A DNA stretch of 64,000 nucleotides from Candidatus Omnitrophota bacterium (GCA_016932855.1 JAFGCB010000014.1:6496-70495), one strand, 5' to 3'. Numbered from the stretch's first letter, positions 37,923-48,395 are shown. Numbers and translations: made by a program. The notes: generated by a model not told the origin, from the letters alone.

Positions 37923-38657
37923 CTAATAACTGCGATTAACTGCTTTTAAGTCAGCTCCCAGTCCTGCCTCTCTATAGAGACTTCTGACTTCTTCTTTAGT
38001 GAGCTGCCTGAACTTACCCTCCGGCAGGCTTCCCAGGCTTAAACAGCCTTCTCTTACTCTTTTCAGTTCCAAGACCCTGTACCCCAAAGATTCAAACATC
38101 CTCCGTACTTGGCGCTTTCTTCCCTCGCGAAGAGTAACCTCAACCTTAAACTTAGATTCAATTCTAACCTTGCAAGGAAGAGTAAGGCCGTCCTCTAATA
38201 TTAACCCTCTGGCAATCCTTAGAAGATCATTCTTATTTAAGGGCTTATCCAATAAAGCCTTATAGGTTTTTTCTACCTTGAACTTAGGGTGAGTTATCCT
38301 AAAGGTAAGCTCTCCGTCATTGGTAAGAAGGAGCAGTCCTTTGGTGTCTCTGTCAAGCCTTCCTACAGGATGAAGGTGAGCGTATTGCCTGGGAAGTATA
38401 TCGCTTAGAGTTTTTGCGGCGAAGGGGTCGCTTCGGGTTGTAGTAATCCCCTTGGGTTTATTAAAAAGAAGGTAGGTATTATTTTTAAGGCTGATTTTTC
38501 GTCCGTCGAAAAAGACTATATTCTTAGAAGGAACCACCTGGCAAGAAGGCTCTAAAATCTTTTGTCTATCTACGCTTACTCTGCCCTGTTTAATAAATTC
38601 CAAGGCCTTGCGTCTAGAACAAATACCTGCCCGGGCTAGAAATAACTGAAGTCGCAT
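37923..38657 (-). CDS. rRNA pseudouridine synthase, RsuA/RluB family (S4 + PseudoU_synth_2)
   Basis: S4 domain MRLQLFLARAGICSRRKALEFIKQGRVSV. Catalytic HPVGRLDRDTKGLLLLTNDGEL. Confidence 0.8.
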   Translation of the reverse strand: MRLQLFLARAGICSRRKALEFIKQGRVSVDRQKILEPSCQVVPSKNIVFFDGRKISLKNNTYLLFNKPKGITTTRSDPFAAKTLSDILPRQYAHLHPVGRLDRDTKGLLLLTNDGELTFRITHPKFKVEKTYKALLDKPLNKNDLLRIARGLILEDGLTLPCKVRIESKFKVEVTLREGRKRQVRRMFESLGYRVLELKRVREGCLSLGSLPEGKFRQLTKEEVRSLYREAGLGADLKAVNRSY

Positions 38658-38686
38658 AGGAATCTTGGGATAATAAGGCGCTTTTT

Positions 38687-39907
38687 TTACAGGTTAACCT
38701 CATCGTCTCTATTAAACAAAGAAAGGAAAAGAAGAAGATAATCCTGGATATGGCGGGTTATAAGAAAGTTATTCTTAACATGCTGCTTGCCATGCTGACC
38801 TAATATCTTGGCATACTCCGGCTCATGGAGTAAGTGCTTAATCCAATAAGCAGTGCCTTCGACGGTATAGGTAAGAATCCCTGAATACTTGTGAGCTATT
38901 TGAAGAGGTATGCCTCCCACTGCGCCGGCAATTACCGGCTTTTCCTTCCACAAGCCCTCGCAGACAGTCAAACCAAACCCCTCTTTAAGCGACTTCTGCA
39001 GGATAACACTTGAGGCCCTTTGCAGGGCATTAATTTCCAGATTGCTGTCCGAAGGCAGAAGAAGAACAAATATATCCTTATCAGCCTCTGCTTCATCCAT
39101 AACCTCTTTAAGAACTTTCTGGCCTTCAGGATCGTCTTTAGCCCCTCCGCCGGCTAAGACCAGCTGGCAATCGGTATATTTTTTAACTAGCCTATAGGCC
39201 TTGATTACTCCCACGGGGTCTTTTAAGTAGTCAAAACGGGATACCTGGGTAATAATCGGCTTGTCCTTATCGATACCGAACCGCGAGAGGACCGAATCAA
39301 TAAAGCCTTGCTCTAACTCTTTATTTTTATCGCTTAAGGGATCTATGGAAGGAGCGACAAGAACCTGAGGTATGGAAAGCCTGCGGGAAAAAGCAGGGGC
39401 CGAGAAGACGCTTGCGTCATATTTCTCTATAAATTTTTTAAGAAACAGCCAGATATCTCTTTGAGGCTTGGAAAAATCTATATGGCAGCGCCAAATCCAT
39501 TTATTCTTAAACTGTTTTCTCTTCTTGACCAGCCCTATCGGCTGGGGATCATGAATATACATAATATCAGCCCAGTTCTTGAAGTCTTCCGAATTCTTCT
39601 GATTTATTTCCAAAAAATGCTTAAATTCCTGACGGGTGATGCTTACCTCGACTCCATGCAGCCCGTTATGAATTTTTTTCGTGATATCGAAAAAAACATC
39701 GTCTCCTTTTATAACTTCCCAAAATACGGATAAACCCAAATTCCTCATCAGGGGTATCATCCTGTTAAGTATCTCGGCGACTCCTCCTCCCATGGCGGTT
39801 GAATTGACGTTAGTAATGCTGAACCCTTTCAGCTTTTCTGCCAAAATGTAAAGCTCGTCAATTACCTGATTGCCTACTATCGAACGATATTCATTTATGT
39901 GCAGCAT
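38687..39907 (-). CDS. treT: Trehalose glycosyltransferring synthase (TreT-like, GT4)
   Basis: VNSTAMGGGVAEIL, HDPQP, WIWRCHIDFS, KPIITQVSRFD, DDPEG, LQRASSVILQKSLKEGFGLTVCEG closely recall archaeal/Thermotoga TreT motifs. Confidence 0.6.
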   Translation of the reverse strand: MLHINEYRSIVGNQVIDELYILAEKLKGFSITNVNSTAMGGGVAEILNRMIPLMRNLGLSVFWEVIKGDDVFFDITKKIHNGLHGVEVSITRQEFKHFLEINQKNSEDFKNWADIMYIHDPQPIGLVKKRKQFKNKWIWRCHIDFSKPQRDIWLFLKKFIEKYDASVFSAPAFSRRLSIPQVLVAPSIDPLSDKNKELEQGFIDSVLSRFGIDKDKPIITQVSRFDYLKDPVGVIKAYRLVKKYTDCQLVLAGGGAKDDPEGQKVLKEVMDEAEADKDIFVLLLPSDSNLEINALQRASSVILQKSLKEGFGLTVCEGLWKEKPVIAGAVGGIPLQIAHKYSGILTYTVEGTAYWIKHLLHEPEYAKILGQHGKQHVKNNFLITRHIQDYLLLFLSLFNRDDEVNL

Positions 39908-40580
39908 CGCTTTGCATCTGTTGGGTTACCGCCTCTATTATTTTTCGGCGTATACCTTCTAAAGTATAGGTGTAAGGATCGAATCTTGAAAGCCTGTCCG
40001 CAAGCCCGGGATATCCTGTAGTGCGCAGCCAGTATGAAAAATCGTTGTCTCCTTTCTTTAAACGGACCCTGGCTTCAAACATATGAAAATAAATCGAGTG
40101 GATGCTCGCTTTTCCTATACAGTCTTTGAATTCTTCCAGGTTTTTGGCGGTGAAATTTGTAGGGATAATAAAAATCCTTGAAGAAAGAAAATTAAATTCT
40201 TCGCCGGGGATACAATTCCGCAAGCTAGGCGTCTTAACTAAATAATCCTTAAGAATCTTTATAAGCTCTCTGCGCAGGTCTTCTATGTCTCTAAACTGAA
40301 AAATATCAAGGCTGGCAACCAATTCGCCTAGCTTCTTAAGCCCCAGAGAATTGTTTATCCAGTAGGAAAAATCATTGGGATGTTCAGGCGAAAAATATCT
40401 ATGCTGCTCTAGATACCTGTGGGTATGATGATAAATACTTGCCGAAGGCACGTTGGCCAAAGCCTCGCTAAGCTCTTTTACATTACGGCTAACCCGGCCC
40501 AGAAGTTTTACCTGAGTAATTCTTGTATAAAACTTAAAAAAATTCATTTCAATATTATTACCTATATCCTGGCTGTTCAT
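39891..40580 (-). CDS. Hypothetical protein with internal NDFSYW repeat
   Basis: 229-aa ORF overlapping the treT start by 17 nt. No recognisable domain. Confidence 0.3.
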   Translation of the reverse strand: MNSQDIGNNIEMNFFKFYTRITQVKLLGRVSRNVKELSEALANVPSASIYHHTHRYLEQHRYFSPEHPNDFSYWINNSLGLKKLGELVASLDIFQFRDIEDLRRELIKILKDYLVKTPSLRNCIPGEEFNFLSSRIFIIPTNFTAKNLEEFKDCIGKASIHSIYFHMFEARVRLKKGDNDFSYWLRTTGYPGLADRLSRFDPYTYTLEGIRRKIIEAVTQQMQSDAAHK

Positions 40581-43012
40581 GACAGCGACTTATCCTTATC
40601 CCTTAAAGGTATTTTATATATTTTTCCAGAAAAAAGATCGTGAATCTGCCGGTTTACTTCAACTCTAAAGCTCAACGGCTTTGCTCCTAAAGCATGGATA
40701 AAAATAATAACCTGGCTTTTTCTTATAGTCAAGGAAATCCACCTGCCCCGATAAAAAAACTTGAATTCCAGTTTATGCCAGCTTTTAGGAAGAGAAGGCT
40801 CGATTCTAATCCTGTCTTTCAGAAATTCGACTCCGGCAAAGGCCTTGCGCACGATATAGACCGTACCTCCCATTACACCGAGATGAATCCCTTCAAGAGC
40901 AGTGCCGCCCTGAATATCGTAAAAATCGGCTTCCAGAGACTCAACGAAGAGATCCCAGGAATCATTATAAAATCCAAGCTTGTGGGCTATGAAGCAATGA
41001 ACCACCTTGCTTAAGGACGAACCGTGCGAGGTCCGCTTTATATAATACTGGTAATTCTTTCTAAGCTTTTCTGCGTCGAAGCTGTAGCCGAGATTCTTAA
41101 AAATATCCTCTGCTTCGGAAAGAGTAAACAAATAAAATATCATAAGGCTATCGGCCTGCTTGGAGACTTTGTAGTCATCGGGCGAATTTCCTTCCGCCTT
41201 TAAAATCCTGTCCAGGCGGTGGATATTATGATATTTTGCCCGGTAGCGCTCCCAGTTAATCTCCCGAAGCTTAAAATAACCTTCAAACTGGCTGATAATA
41301 CCTTTTTCGTTAAAAATTATTTTCATTTTCTTGGCCATATCAGCCCAATGTCTTATCTCCTTCTCCCTCAACCTCAACCTTCGCAAAAGTGACCTTTTAT
41401 GCTCCATAGGCAAAATGGTAAATATTTCGTTGGCCTTGGAAAGCACCCAGGAAATCATAAGGTTAGAATAAGCGTTGTCGCGAAGGCCGGGAGTGCGGGA
41501 TAAAGGAAGTTTCTCATGAAATTCATCAGGGCCCATGATTCCTTGAGTATGAAAACGCCCGTCTTTGGGGTCGTACCTTATAAGGCTTGCGCAAAACTGG
41601 GCAATTGAAAGGAAGATTTCAGCGCCGTATTTTAGAAAGAAATTAAAATCACCGGTCAAAGAATAATGCTTCCAGACATTATAGGCAATGGCAAAAGAAA
41701 TGTGTCTTTGGCGGGAGCTTAAATCCGGACCCCACTTTCCGGACATGGGGTTAAGATGGATAACTTGGGTTTCTTCTCTGCCTGATGAGCCGCTCTGCCA
41801 GGGAAACATCGCTCCTCTATAAGCGTTAGCTCTGGCATAGCGCCTGGCCTCAGACAGCCTCCTGTATCTATAGAGAAGCAAAGATTCAGTAACCTCGGGG
41901 ATATGTAAATCATAAAAAGGTCTCGCGAAAAGCTCATCCCAGAAGATATGCCCCCGATAGGCTTCGCCGTGAAGACCCCTGGCCGGAAGCCCGGCATCAA
42001 TCCTGGCGCTATGCGGGCTTGCGGTCTGAAGAAGATGAAATATGTGAAGCCTTAGAATCTTCTGCGAAAAAGTATCTCCTTCTACCCGTATATCTGCTTT
42101 ATCCCAAAGCCTAAGCCAAGCTTTCTCGTGATTATTGCAGACTTCATCAAATGAACCTGTATTCTTTAAAGCCTTAACAGCGGCTTTGGACGGATAAGCC
42201 GTATCTTTTTCTTTTGAAGAATAAATAGAGACTGTCTTATCTACAACATAAGACTTGTTTCTATGGACAAATATCTTAAACTCCTGGCCGACGGCCTCTT
42301 TACCTTCAAGAATGTTTTTTGTTTCAGGCGTAAGCGCCTGCCCTTCGGAATAAATCCTTACCCGGCAAGCCTGGGAAACCAAAGTCCTCGACTGGCTCGT
42401 CCTCATCGATAAGAAAGCTGTGTTATCATCATAAAAACCCAAGGAAAAAGGACGCCAGTGCTTTGAATTCAATTTCTTGTAACGCTCTACTCCCTGATTA
42501 ACCACGCTTCCGTCAAGCATTGATTTTACGGTAATCCAATTGCTGTAATTTTTCGGCGTAATCACATACTTAAGGGCCCCGATATGAGGATTAGCCATGC
42601 TTACTAAAAAAACCGTCTCAATCAAGGTCTGTTTGCGATAAAGGTCCTCGAAAAGAATACGCCTTGAACATCGGCCTCTGCGCATATCAAGCTCCTGATG
42701 GAAAGATACGATATTATCAGTGGAAGGCCTAAACCAATCGCTAGTGCCGATCTTAAAGGTAAGAAAAAGCCAATTAGGACAGTTTACAAAATCCTCATTT
42801 TCTACTGTCTTTCCGGATATGCGGGTCTTAAGGCGGTTATAAAGGCCGGCCATGTAGGTTCCGGGGTAGTGGACCTTGGAAGCGGATGCTTCCGGAGCCG
42901 CGGCCCTGGTGCCGAAGTAACCGTTAGCTAAAGTGCATAAAGCCTCTCGCAACCTTTCCTGCTCCGGCTTAAAGTGATTATAGGAAATTTTCCATTCGTA
43001 TGGGGTGGCCAT
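40577..43012 (-). CDS. Glycoside hydrolase family 65 disaccharide phosphorylase (trehalose/kojibiose/maltose phosphorylase family)
   Basis: 811 aa. Central (alpha/alpha)6 catalytic region GEAYRGHIFWDELFARPFYDLHIPEVTESLLLYRYRRL. Confidence 0.8.
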   Translation of the reverse strand: MATPYEWKISYNHFKPEQERLREALCTLANGYFGTRAAAPEASASKVHYPGTYMAGLYNRLKTRISGKTVENEDFVNCPNWLFLTFKIGTSDWFRPSTDNIVSFHQELDMRRGRCSRRILFEDLYRKQTLIETVFLVSMANPHIGALKYVITPKNYSNWITVKSMLDGSVVNQGVERYKKLNSKHWRPFSLGFYDDNTAFLSMRTSQSRTLVSQACRVRIYSEGQALTPETKNILEGKEAVGQEFKIFVHRNKSYVVDKTVSIYSSKEKDTAYPSKAAVKALKNTGSFDEVCNNHEKAWLRLWDKADIRVEGDTFSQKILRLHIFHLLQTASPHSARIDAGLPARGLHGEAYRGHIFWDELFARPFYDLHIPEVTESLLLYRYRRLSEARRYARANAYRGAMFPWQSGSSGREETQVIHLNPMSGKWGPDLSSRQRHISFAIAYNVWKHYSLTGDFNFFLKYGAEIFLSIAQFCASLIRYDPKDGRFHTQGIMGPDEFHEKLPLSRTPGLRDNAYSNLMISWVLSKANEIFTILPMEHKRSLLRRLRLREKEIRHWADMAKKMKIIFNEKGIISQFEGYFKLREINWERYRAKYHNIHRLDRILKAEGNSPDDYKVSKQADSLMIFYLFTLSEAEDIFKNLGYSFDAEKLRKNYQYYIKRTSHGSSLSKVVHCFIAHKLGFYNDSWDLFVESLEADFYDIQGGTALEGIHLGVMGGTVYIVRKAFAGVEFLKDRIRIEPSLPKSWHKLEFKFFYRGRWISLTIRKSQVIIFIHALGAKPLSFRVEVNRQIHDLFSGKIYKIPLRDKDKSLS

Positions 43013-43137
43013 AATTATTAAAGATTCGCGGTGCGTTTATGATATATAGTCATACTGTAGCCATGCTATTGTCATACATAGTCATACAATTGTTTAACTA
43101 ATGTATGACTTTCTATTATTAAGGTAACCTGTAACGG

Positions 43138-44754
43138 TTAACCATTATTAATAATATCTTCAAATAGTTTTTTTACTTCTTCTACGGAAGATAAACGAAA
43201 ATCAGCGCAAGAGGTGCGGTTATCCTCTGCTACCAATACAGGCATGCCCCGGGTGCGTATCATCCTAAAAGCGTCTTCATCGGTAGTATCGTCGCCTATA
43301 TAAACAACATTGGCCCTATCCCAGGATAATCCCAGGGCCGCAATAATCCAGCGTATAGCTTTTCCTTTGTCCCAATCAATAGCCGGAAGTATCTCAAAGA
43401 CTTTCTTGCCCTTCATAAGCCGAAGCTCGTTATGCGAGACGACTTTTTTATTCACCGCTTCTTCAATCCCGGGCAAGTGCTTTTCATCAACAAGACGATA
43501 GTGCACGGCGAGGCTGAATTTCTTTTCTTCAATCAGAACTCCTTCGATGCCGGCCAGTTCTCTAGAAATTTCTTTAGTAACGGCGGCGATAAGAGGTATT
43601 GTCTTTTCTGCCCTGGGCTCTACCATAACGAACGAAGGGCCTAGGATATCAAAGCCGTGACTTCCGGCATAAAAAACTCCCTTAAGGCCCACTAAGTTTT
43701 CCACATCCTCGCGCATTCTTCCGCTTACAATAAAAACCTGAAACTTTCCAGATAAATCTGCAAGGGTTTGCCTCATCTTATCATCCAAAATCGCAAGATC
43801 AGGTCTACTTACTATAGGGGTTAAAGTTCCGTCATAATCAAGAAAAAAGACAGGCTTCTTATTGCCGGAAAAACCCTCTTTGGCGCTGCGTAAATAATAA
43901 GGATTAATCTTTGCTTTCGGACACAGCGCTTGCAAATCCTTGGGGGTGTTTATCTTTTCCGGGGGGCTTTGCCAGTTTTCAAACAAAGAGCAAGGCCTTC
44001 TTTTAAACCAGCTCTCTATCCACTCCAAGCTTATCTGGGAAAGATCTTCAACCGCGGCATCAGCGCCGTTCTCAAGAAGCCCTTTAACATTATTTTCCCG
44101 GCCTACTCCCAGCACTAAACCAAAACCGCCGTTTCTTCCGGCTTGCACCCCAGATGTAGCGTCTTCAATAACTACCGACTTTGAAACATTTGCTCCAACA
44201 TTATGGGCGGCAACAACAAATATATCGCCTTCGGGCTTGCCTTTAAGGCCCAGCTTAACGGAAACCACTCCGTCAACCCGCGTCTCAAATAAATCCTCTA
44301 TACCGCAAGATTTAAGAATCAATTGACAGTTTTTAGAAGACGAAGCAATGCCTACCTTTATCCCGGCCCTCCTAAGTTCTTTAATCAGGTTGATTGATGA
44401 AGGATACATTTGGGCACCCTGTTTCTCTACAATTTTCTGAAACTGGACATTTTTTTTATTCCCGATACCGCAGACTGTCTCTTTATCCGGCGCATCTTCC
44501 GGCTGGCCGAAAGGGATATTTATATCTCTGGATTCAAGAAAACTTTGAACTCCTTTATAGCGGGGCTTGCCGTCAACATAAGGCAAGTAATCGGCTTCAT
44601 GAGTAAATTCCTTAAAAGCCCTGCCATCCCTGACTTGCAGCATGCGCAGGTATTCCTCAAAAGCTTCTTTCCAGGCCTGAAAGTGGACTTGAGCTGTCTT
44701 TGTAATAACCCCGTCTAAATCAAAAATAACCGCTTCAAAAGAATAGTGACTCAT
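43138..44754 (-). CDS. Fusion: beta-phosphoglucomutase (HAD) + trehalose-6-phosphate phosphatase (OtsB-like HAD-IIB)
   Basis: N-terminus AVIFDLDGVITKT...GIASSSKN (beta-PGM). C-terminus VFFLDYDGTLTPIVSRPDLA...VYIGDDTTDEDAF (T6PP). Confidence 0.7.
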   Translation of the reverse strand: MSHYSFEAVIFDLDGVITKTAQVHFQAWKEAFEEYLRMLQVRDGRAFKEFTHEADYLPYVDGKPRYKGVQSFLESRDINIPFGQPEDAPDKETVCGIGNKKNVQFQKIVEKQGAQMYPSSINLIKELRRAGIKVGIASSSKNCQLILKSCGIEDLFETRVDGVVSVKLGLKGKPEGDIFVVAAHNVGANVSKSVVIEDATSGVQAGRNGGFGLVLGVGRENNVKGLLENGADAAVEDLSQISLEWIESWFKRRPCSLFENWQSPPEKINTPKDLQALCPKAKINPYYLRSAKEGFSGNKKPVFFLDYDGTLTPIVSRPDLAILDDKMRQTLADLSGKFQVFIVSGRMREDVENLVGLKGVFYAGSHGFDILGPSFVMVEPRAEKTIPLIAAVTKEISRELAGIEGVLIEEKKFSLAVHYRLVDEKHLPGIEEAVNKKVVSHNELRLMKGKKVFEILPAIDWDKGKAIRWIIAALGLSWDRANVVYIGDDTTDEDAFRMIRTRGMPVLVAEDNRTSCADFRLSSVEEVKKLFEDIINNG

Positions 44755-44883
44755 AATTAATCTTTTAGATTAAATACAACAACTGGATCCTAGATCCTCG
44801 CTTTAAAACATAAGCACCTAGCACCTGGCACCTATGGTCTTTAAGAGCGCTTATCGAGGATCGAAGAAAAGTCTCAGGTTGTT

Positions 44884-46065
44884 CTATAGGAATTTATGGT
44901 AGATAGAAACCGTATCCTGGGCAACCCTGTCTTTGGTGTACTGGGATTCTACAATCTGCCTTCCGGTATAACCTAAACGCATTCTTAGTTTGTAATCATC
45001 TATAAGTTGGATAATTCTTGAAGCTAAAACTTCAAAGTCTCTTATGGGAATAACGTATCCGTTAATGCCGTCTCTTACAATCTCGGGCATGCCCCCGGAA
45101 TTAGTGACTATTATGGGCTTTCCCGAGGCCAAGGATTCAAGCATAGTCAGGCCAAACGGCTCGCCCGACGACGAAGGATAAACGCAGACCGTTGATACTC
45201 CGTAAAGGTCGCACATATCTTCCAAACTGTATACATCAATAAGTACGTTTTTCTTAAGATTAAAATGGTTGATAAGGCCTACGATGTAAGCTATGTCTTT
45301 CTGCTGAGTCTCTCCCCAGTCAATTATATTTTTCGAACCGGCCAATACCAGGATAACATTGGGATGCTTCTTTTTTACTAAATGCAAGGCCTTTACGCTT
45401 ATGTCGCATCCCTTAGCCAAGCCGATTCTTGCCGGATGGAATACTACCGGCCTATTCTTAAGTTCGGGATATTTGGCAAGGATTTCTTTAGAGCTGATGC
45501 CGGGCTTAAATTTCTCCTCGTCGACTCCGTGATGAATAACCGTAATCTTCCTATCATCTATGCCCGCGCCCATAAGTTCTTTTTTTATGAAGTGACTTAC
45601 GGCAATTATATGGGTCCACTTAACCTTATGGGCAAGCTCCAGAAACAAAAGGTCATCCCAGGCATTATGGGCGGTAAGAAATAAGGGGCATCCTTTTTTC
45701 CTGGCCAGGGTTTCCAAAGTTTTAACATGAGTTTCGCTAAAATAATGCATGTTATGGGCGTGAAGTACGTCCGGCTTGGTCTTATCGATAAATTTGGAGA
45801 AAGTTGTAGATATCTCTTCTTCTAATCCCTTAAGCCCTCTTTTATAAAGCCAGTTTAAATCCATAAGAGGGGTTCTAAAGATTTCAACATCGTTATATTT
45901 ATAATAACCCTTAACTCCTTCAACGGCACCGGTAAGCAAACTAACCTTGTGCCCGTGTTTTACCATTTGGGGCAGTATTATGGTAAGATGGGTCTCTACC
46001 CCGCCTATAATTGGCGGAAAGCCCCAGTGCAAATGAACAATACTAAGTTTTTTATTCTTATCCAT
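44884..46065 (-). CDS. Glycosyltransferase family 4 (GT-B)
   Basis: SIVHLHWGFPPIIGGVETH...EPFGLTMLESLASGKPIIVTNSGGMPEIV. Confidence 0.75.
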   Translation of the reverse strand: MDKNKKLSIVHLHWGFPPIIGGVETHLTIILPQMVKHGHKVSLLTGAVEGVKGYYKYNDVEIFRTPLMDLNWLYKRGLKGLEEEISTTFSKFIDKTKPDVLHAHNMHYFSETHVKTLETLARKKGCPLFLTAHNAWDDLLFLELAHKVKWTHIIAVSHFIKKELMGAGIDDRKITVIHHGVDEEKFKPGISSKEILAKYPELKNRPVVFHPARIGLAKGCDISVKALHLVKKKHPNVILVLAGSKNIIDWGETQQKDIAYIVGLINHFNLKKNVLIDVYSLEDMCDLYGVSTVCVYPSSSGEPFGLTMLESLASGKPIIVTNSGGMPEIVRDGINGYVIPIRDFEVLASRIIQLIDDYKLRMRLGYTGRQIVESQYTKDRVAQDTVSIYHKFL

Positions 46066-46067
46066 TG

Positions 46068-48395
46068 TTAGTAGTGCACATCCTGTATATATTTTCTACG
46101 AGATCTTGAAAAAATATAGGTCCTATTGGGCTTTAAGGTCTGAACCGCGTCAAAAACCCCTATTTCTAAAGCTTTTTTAGCCTTCGATTTTATTTTAATC
46201 TTAACCTTATCGTTTGTAAGCTCTAATTGTATCAAATTCTGCCTCCAAATTAAAGAAAAAATCATCCCTTTCCAAATCCGGGGCATCTGAGGATTTATGT
46301 ATAATTTCTCCCGCTTAAGGCTTATGCCGGCGAAACCGAAAACAACTGTCTGCCAAGTTCCTCCCAGGTTTGCGGCATGAACCCCCTCAAAAGTATTGCC
46401 GCAGAGATTGCTTATATCTGTAAGTAGCGAAACAGTAAAAAAATTATAGGCTATCTGCAGATCATTTATCCTGCTGGCGATAAGAGCATGCATGGAAGCG
46501 CTCAAAGACGACTTATGCACGGTACGGGGCATGTAAAAATTATAATTTGCCAGCTTTGTCTTCTTATCAAAGACATCGTCAAGAAGACATAAAAGCATCA
46601 AAACATCGGCCTGTTTTACCAACTGGGTATTTTTTAGACCCCTTACTTTTATGTTTCGAGGAATTATGGGCATGCCGCTTTCGTCCGTCTCTTTCGGCAA
46701 AACCTCCCTTAACTTAAAATATCCGTCAAATTGCTCGATAACTCTATCTTTATTGATATTAATTGATATCCTTGCGGCAATCCTCTGCCATGAAGAGACT
46801 TCCCTCTGTGTTAAAGAAAGGTTTTTCTCCAGAATCCTGCAAAGCGAAAAATTCTTATTTTTAAGCTTAGAATGCATTTTATAAGCGGTAACCAGGTTCC
46901 ATTTAGCCATCATATTAGTAAAGGCGTTATTATTGACGCCGATATGGAACTCGTCAGGACCGATCACATTATTTATTTCGTAGCGCCTTTTCTTCTTATT
47001 AAACTCAACTCTCGAAGCCCAGAAGCGGGCGCTCTCAAACATGATCTCATACCCGCAATACTCCATAAACTTCTCGTCACCGGTAAATACGTAATACTTA
47101 TACACGGCATAGGCAACATCGCTGGTGATATGGTGCTCCATCTGGTGGGTATGAATCTTTATTACTGTGCCGTCTATATCTTTAGCCCAGGCAGGAGTCT
47201 CTTCCTCTCCGGTATAGGCCGACTCCCAGGGAATTTTGGCGCCCCGGTAACCTTCTTTTTTAGCCAGCTCCCTTGCTTTATTGATTCTACGGTATCTGTA
47301 AAGGAGTAAATTCTTTGCAACTTGAGGAAATATCGCCAGGTAGAAAGGCATAAGAAAAATCTCGGTATCCCAGAAAACATGGCCGCGGTATCCTTCGCCG
47401 CTTAAAGTCCGGGCCCCGACGCTCGAAAGACCGTAGTCATAATGCTGGCAGATAAGCATGTGGTAAATATTAAATCTTAAATTCGTCTGCACATCCTGTG
47501 TTGCCTCAACAAGAATATCGGCCCTTCTCCATAATTTCTCCCAGGCCTTTACGTGGTCATCAAGAAGGCTTATAAATTTCCCCCGGAATGCCTTAGAGAA
47601 TATCTTATATGTCTCATCCTTAAAGCAACCATGATCCCTATGAGGAGGAAATCTCTTTATGCAGAAAATTTTGGTAAATATTACAGTCTGATTCTTCTTT
47701 ATTTTCAGGCGGAAAACATTGTCTTGGGCGTAAATCTTCTTTTTCTTAATTTGGTAATAAAATCCACTCCAGTAAACTATAGGCTGTTTTTTCTCCAGAG
47801 TCTCTGCCACCAGGAATCCTGCTTTGTGAGCTTGACCCAATTCCTTAACCCGAAAATGCTTCTTTCTTCCCTCGCTTAAAACTCCGGCATTAAAGACAGA
47901 AGTGTCTATTCCGGTATTTATGTCCAGAACGCAGGAAGTATCAAGAGGAGTAAAAACTATCTGAAGAGCTCCGATATTCTTATTGTGCATGCTAACGAAG
48001 CGTAAAGACTGGTAATCGAAGCGTCTTTTTTTATTATCGCTGTATAAAGTCTGCCTTATAAGCAGGCCTTTCTTCATGTTGAGGACCCTGCGATGTTCTA
48101 GAGAATTCATTGCTATTAAATCGAATTTTTCGCCTTTGCATGTAAATTTAAAGTTAATCGGATTGGGAAGATTCACCAGCTCCGCGACCTGGGAAGCCAT
48201 TTTATCATATAGGCCGGCAATGTAGGTTCCCGGCTGGGCATCGTAAGGTATCTCTTCTAAGACTGCGCGGGTGCCCAAATAGCCGTTGCCTAGGGCAAAC
48301 TGGGATTCCCGTATATTCTGCAAGGGACGCACCCATTTACTTTCTCTTATAAGCCAAAGTTCATCTTTAAGATAGTCGGAATAAAAATCCTTCAT
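46068..48395 (-). CDS. Glycoside hydrolase family 65 phosphorylase (second copy)
   Basis: 775 aa. GEGYRGHVFWDTEIFLMPFYLAIFPQVAKNLLLYRYRRI. Confidence 0.8.
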   Translation of the reverse strand: MKDFYSDYLKDELWLIRESKWVRPLQNIRESQFALGNGYLGTRAVLEEIPYDAQPGTYIAGLYDKMASQVAELVNLPNPINFKFTCKGEKFDLIAMNSLEHRRVLNMKKGLLIRQTLYSDNKKRRFDYQSLRFVSMHNKNIGALQIVFTPLDTSCVLDINTGIDTSVFNAGVLSEGRKKHFRVKELGQAHKAGFLVAETLEKKQPIVYWSGFYYQIKKKKIYAQDNVFRLKIKKNQTVIFTKIFCIKRFPPHRDHGCFKDETYKIFSKAFRGKFISLLDDHVKAWEKLWRRADILVEATQDVQTNLRFNIYHMLICQHYDYGLSSVGARTLSGEGYRGHVFWDTEIFLMPFYLAIFPQVAKNLLLYRYRRINKARELAKKEGYRGAKIPWESAYTGEEETPAWAKDIDGTVIKIHTHQMEHHITSDVAYAVYKYYVFTGDEKFMEYCGYEIMFESARFWASRVEFNKKKRRYEINNVIGPDEFHIGVNNNAFTNMMAKWNLVTAYKMHSKLKNKNFSLCRILEKNLSLTQREVSSWQRIAARISININKDRVIEQFDGYFKLREVLPKETDESGMPIIPRNIKVRGLKNTQLVKQADVLMLLCLLDDVFDKKTKLANYNFYMPRTVHKSSLSASMHALIASRINDLQIAYNFFTVSLLTDISNLCGNTFEGVHAANLGGTWQTVVFGFAGISLKREKLYINPQMPRIWKGMIFSLIWRQNLIQLELTNDKVKIKIKSKAKKALEIGVFDAVQTLKPNRTYIFSRSRRKYIQDVHY

